NCBI GenBank assembly: GCA_951406725.2
Contig: OX597833.1
Span: forward strand, 35,526,001 to 35,590,000
Source: Octopus vulgaris
Lineage: Eukaryota
Direction of reading: 5' to 3'
Length of the DNA: 64,000 bases
Each line of letters starts with the position of its first letter. Position 1 is the stretch's first letter. This document shows positions 58,500 through 64,000 of this stretch, in pieces. The notes below the pieces were generated by a model. The model worked only from the letters and a program-made list of their open reading frames with translations, had not been told where the DNA came from and searched no databases. Made by a program: the position numbers and the translations under genes.

Positions 58500-58925
58500 A
58501 GATTGTTGTTAAGCTATGTTAAGCTACGGACAAAGTACGCAGTGAAAGGCTATACATATTTCAACAAAACTTAGAACTATCTCACAAAGACCATGCGGCT
58601 CATGAATGGGTGTTGGACAATTTGAAAAGTTCGTGTAACATCAAACATGTGGGCTCCAAACATGCCAACTTTAAATCTCATGAACTACTGCATTTGGACA
58701 GTTAATGCAAAGGAGACTATTCGACATTCTCACAGCACTACACTCCACTGCAAATCGCCAGAAGAACCATTTCATGCAGGCATATCAAAGATTTCAGTTC
58801 CGCACTGAAGCAGTCATTGAAGTTGAAAGGTTCACTAAACGATCGTATAAGGAGGTTATGTGCACAAGTTATTATATAAATTCATTAAAGTCGTTTTATA
58901 AAACTGCCAAATATGTCCTCAAATA
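58500..58925 (+). mobile_element. Tc1/mariner-superfamily transposase C-terminal relic (probably DD37D/maT-like)
   Basis: RLYIFQQNLELSHK (~YxFQQDSAPSHK), NMWAPNMPTLNLMNYCIW (~WPPNSPDLNPLDYxxW) and AYQRFQFRTEAVIEVE (~ACxRFRxRIEAVIEAEG). Confidence 0.72.
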
Positions 58926-59916
58926 GCTCTCGCACGTATTCTTCTTTTCTACTATGGATCACTTTTTTTCATCAACATCCACATTTTCTGCTACAACAAT
59001 ATTGATCAAATTGTTTCAGCGATAATTTTCGTTCTGAGGTATTTCAGAATTTCAGTATCATTTTTCGTTTCTTGGTTCAATTTCCACTGATCAACCTATT
59101 TCAAGTTGCAAATAAGTAAGAATAATCCTATATTTCTTAATGGTTATAGTCTGTGCATTGCATGTCTCGCGGTTAAAATGTTTTCAGTATCAAATCCTAA
59201 TTTTAGCGTTTGAAGACAGGAGTTACAAGGAAGAAGAGAAAGTTGGTTTTAAAGTGTTATAAATATTTGTACCTTATTTAATGAGTCAAAATGAGAGAGC
59301 AAGTTTAGGTGACCGAACTTAATAAGCAAGTTGTTGTTTCTTGCGTGGTTTATAATCTTTGGTGACGGTATAATACATATTTCATGAGTATTATACTATG
59401 AAATAGGATAATCCTTGCGTGAAAATACTTCACCTATACTTGAAAAGATAATTTGAATGATTTAGTTCACAATGGGAGTAGTAACCAACTTGATTATTTT
59501 ATAGCGTTTGGGAGTGGGGGCGATGCAATCGACTAACATCCACCTCTCAAATTATCACTGGTCTTAGAAGCATTTTTATTATACAGTAGTGAAAAGTCTC
59601 TGTGACACTGAAATTTCCTACATGGAAGCTCGACAGACTCTGACAGAGCATTGCCCTGTTGACTCCCGCCGTGAAAGTTACCGGCTGTTTTAAATTTAAT
59701 TTGAAAATAAAAAATACTAATACTAACATCATGTGATTGTGTATATACACACACCATCAGTCATGTATTATGTATGTATGTATGTATGTATGTATGTATG
59801 TATGTATGTATGTATGTATGTATGTATGTATGTATGTATGAATGCATGTATGTATGTATGTATGTATGTATGTATGTATGTATGTATGTATGTATGTATG
59901 TATGTATGTATGTATA

Positions 59917-60897
59917 CGAGGGGGTACCCAAAAGAAACCGGAATTTTGCAATATCATTTTACTCACTTAGTTTTACATTTACACTTTTATCGCCTTCAAG
60001 GTATTCTCGATTTAAATCAATGCATCGGTCCAGAAGCGTTTTCCACTGTTCGAAGCAGTCCTGGAACACTTGCGAAGTGATGTTTTTTAAAGCCTCTGTT
60101 GTTTTTTTATCCAACTCTTCTACATCTGGAAAGTGTTTTTTTTTTCAGTCGGGGGGAATAAAAGATTGGGATTTTTTTTCATTCGTTGGGGAGCAAGATC
60201 GGGTGAATAGAGAGGGTAGGTAAACGGGGTCATACCATTTTTGGCCAGAAGCTGACTCACACTCTAGGCGGTGTACGAAGGTGCATTGTCGTAAGGAAAT
60301 CACCTCTCTCCATTTTGTCACTGGTCGGGATGTTTTCGTCTCGTCGTGTCTTGCAAACACTTCAGAACTGCCAAATTTAACCAAGAGGATCAAATACTGT
60401 GTGGACAATACTTTTCGCATCGATGCAACAAATCAGTATCGTTTTGACTTTGGACTTCACTTGACGCACTTTTGGTGGGCGTGGTGACATTGAAAGCTTC
60501 CATTGACTTGATTGATGCTTCCGGGTCGTAGCCGTAGCACCAGCTTTATTCACCAGTGATGACCTTTGAAAAAAGGTCCGGATTAACTTCCAACTGTTCT
60601 TTCAGCTCATGACACGCATTTAGTCGTGACTGCTTTTGATGTTCCGTGAGCAAGCGAGGCACAACATTTGCTGCAATTCTCTTCATTCGTAATTCCTGGC
60701 TCAAAATTCGTTGGCAGCAGCTCTAGGATACACCAGTCATATCATCAAGTTCGTCAATTCATGATCAGTTCATGAATTTACATAATGTTTTCATTCATTC
60801 GGGAGGTCGACGGTCGCCCTGAACGAGGTTGGTCTTCAAGTGACAAGTAACCATTCTTAAAGTGCGAAAACCACATGTAAACTTACGAATCTCTTAA
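59917..60897 (-). mobile_element. Mariner transposon relic, 5'-truncated, one ITR retained
   Basis: TA|cgagggggtacccaaaag ITR-like end abuts a (TATG)n tract. Minus-strand motifs: WFSHFKNG, DQPRSGRPST, VVPRLLT, ITGE*SWCYGYDPE, YDNAPSY, YSPDLAP. Confidence 0.9.
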
Positions 60898-60901
60898 CCT
60901 T

Positions 60902-61356
60902 ACTAGCCCCTACCAGGCTCGTTCGTATTAGCAGGAGTTGCTAGATAAATTTTCGTTCCTTTCAGAATATTGTAGAACGGAAACTTTTCATAGATTGGAG
61001 TTTATTGTTTCAAGAAAGCATTGAACTTGATATACTTTTAATTTTTACGATTATAGATAACAACTCGGACTGTAACTTCTGAGCCCAATTCAGGCGCGAG
61101 TGAACGATGTCGAGATAACGTCTGTTACGGATGATATTTTTTGACACAGGGCACCTCTTAGACGACAGTTAGACGCTAAATGAGAATAAATGAACAGCAA
61201 CCAGGCTCAATGAAAGGAGCCCGAGTTATTGGCTGCAATTAAATATTTAAAGTCAATGTGGGCAGAAATTAAAATCAGCTTGCAAATACACGTTCACTTT
61301 TACTAAAGTTATACTCAGGCTAAGCCCAAACAGCCTGAGTGCCGGGTCACCACTGA
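60902..61356. mobile_element. Possible non-autonomous Helitron/Helentron-like element
   Basis: Left end actagcccctaccaggc, right end gccgggtcaccactga, and a subterminal 9-bp hairpin actcaggct/agcctgagt (61313-61340). Confidence 0.35.
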
Positions 61357-61404
61357 ATATATATATATTTATATATATATATATATATTCTTTAATTATT
61401 TAAC

Positions 61405-61816
<412 letters not shown>

Positions 61817-61829
61817 TGTGTGTATATAC

Positions 61830-61893
<64 letters not shown>

Positions 61894-62164
61894 ATACACA
61901 TACTTGTATACTTGCGTCTGTATATATATATATATATATATATGCGCATACACATACATGTATACTTGCGTCTGTGCATACGAATGCTCCTATGTTTGGC
62001 TGTATAAATGGCAATAAATATCAATTATTTTAGGCGAACACAAAAACAAAAAGTATGTTTAAATAAGGTATTTAATAAATACACATATATGTAGATATAG
62101 AGCCAGATATATTGAAATAACTCTTAATACTTCCACACAACTATGTATGTATCAGTATAATATA

Positions 62165-62235
<71 letters not shown>

Positions 62236-62692
62236 TGAAATGTGCATATGCAAGAATGTGTCTATTGTATATGCAATGGTATATTCTCATCCTACTTTAT
62301 ACTTTATAGCGAAGTGCTATGCATATCATGAACCCAATTAAGGTTGCATTAATTCTCAAATACGACAGTTTTATTCGCAGCAAAAATTATATATTTCAGC
62401 CAAATACTACTTTGCTGAGATATGATCCACCTGTTTCTACTCAAAACGCAACTTTTGATAGACATAACATTCGTATATGTGAGACGTGCTTTGATATTAG
62501 TTTTAACATATATTCGTGGGCTTGTATAACGCATTGTTTACAAGATCACTGCCGATTTGCTTTGCTGTTAGTTTCTATAAGATCATGAACTCTCGAAAAC
62601 GCGACTTTCTAACTTTACTACATCAGACGTGTTTGGGAAGTAACGGAGTTAACAAATTCTTTCATTGCACGTACATTAATCCCCCCCCCCCC

Positions 62693-62694
<2 letters not shown>

Positions 62695-62730
<36 letters not shown>

Positions 62731-62750
62731 CCATCATCATCACCATCATT
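62695..62750. repeat. (CAT)n microsatellite
   Basis: Direct inspection. It produces the poly-His ORF 62516-62758. Confidence 0.95.
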
Positions 62751-63290
62751 ATCCATAACTAGATACGATAATATAAAAACGCATTAAAATGTTGTACGTT
62801 TCAGAAACACGTACATTCCGATAAAAGAAAGAAAAAGTTCTAAACAAACTAGGATTAGTTTATTAAATAGGAACACAAGTGAACCAATAATTTAATAATG
62901 ACATTTTTACTTTCACTCTATTCACTCCCATGCTCCTTGTATGTATGTATGTATGTATGTATGTATGTATGTATGTATGTATATATGTGTAAATTTTTTT
63001 AGAAAGAATTCCTTATATAGTAACAATATTTGAAGAAACATTTTCTTAAAGTTAGTATTATTAGTTATGTTAGAGAATCTATAAAACAAACAGAATGGCG
63101 TAAACATTTCGGAGTTCGGATTTTTTATTTTTGCGCGTGTGTGTAATCGCTTTCGCTGCTTTCAGGTTTTCAAACACACGTGTTTGAAAATCTTCCTTCC
63201 AGCAAAAGTTTTGTGTCATCCTGTTCTTTAAGATTTCTTATGTAATTGAATTTTTTTATCCAAGAAAATCTTTTTTTTAAATACATGCCT

Positions 63291-63399
<109 letters not shown>

Positions 63400-64000
63400 C
63401 AAAACGGATGCAAAGATAACCCTTGTTACATATATAAGAGCATTGAGCAAAGGGAATTAACTCAAATGTCTGTCTTAATCACAGTTTCTGCTGACAAAGA
63501 TTAGATTTTCGCTTAAACATGAGAATTCAATTTCGGAGATATAATTCTTCATTTATTCAAATTATCATTTCTTTCTGAGTCTCTATTACTGCTAAGTTTT
63601 TTCCCCCTCAAAGTAAAGTGTAAATTGCAATTAACAATTATTTTTTGCGTGAGTCGTTTGGTTCAGGAAAACGCATTCGAGATTTGTGTGTGTGAGTGAG
63701 TGTGTTTTTGCGTATGCATTTAACAGTTACCGTGTCTGTTTCAATTTACCCGCCATCTTCTTCCCCTCTCTTTAACGTTATGTTTTATATTTTGAAATGA
63801 ACTTTAAACTCCCTCAATTCTATATCTATTGTGTTAATACAAGTTCAATACAACACAGCTTGATATACAGTATGTAGCTTTAGAAACACTTTATTGCATC
63901 ACCAGCAATATGAGCAACATATAGTGAGTACCAACTATCACAGTACGATAATGTATTATAGTGCCTTATTTAAATCCCTTTTTTTATATTATATATCTTC

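Overview
Very AT-rich, repeat-dense animal genomic DNA, most likely an intergenic or intronic region of a coleoid cephalopod (Octopus-like). That assignment is an inference from SINE families I recognise and from the extreme (TA)n/(TACA)n/(TAGA)n load, not from a database search. I found no intact protein-coding gene. Almost all ORFs in the supplied track are microsatellite read-throughs ([14 protein letters not shown]). The real coding signal is decayed transposons: three R4/Dong-type RLE-endonuclease LINE relics, two Penelope-like (GIY-YIG) relics, a mariner, a Tc1-like (probably DD37D) fragment and RTE/CR1-like fragments. At least four tRNA-derived SINE families and a hAT-like MITE are also present. 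The most interesting structural signals are an apparently intact minimal type I hammerhead ribozyme at 46848-46898, a family of covarying LINE/SINE 3' stem-loops, modular (tail-swapped, dimeric) SINEs, inverted SINE pairs that could form dsRNA, and two candidate exons with strong splice sites. I cannot support a wholly new biological system from this window. All motif calls were made by eye and boundaries are approximate unless exact junctions are quoted.
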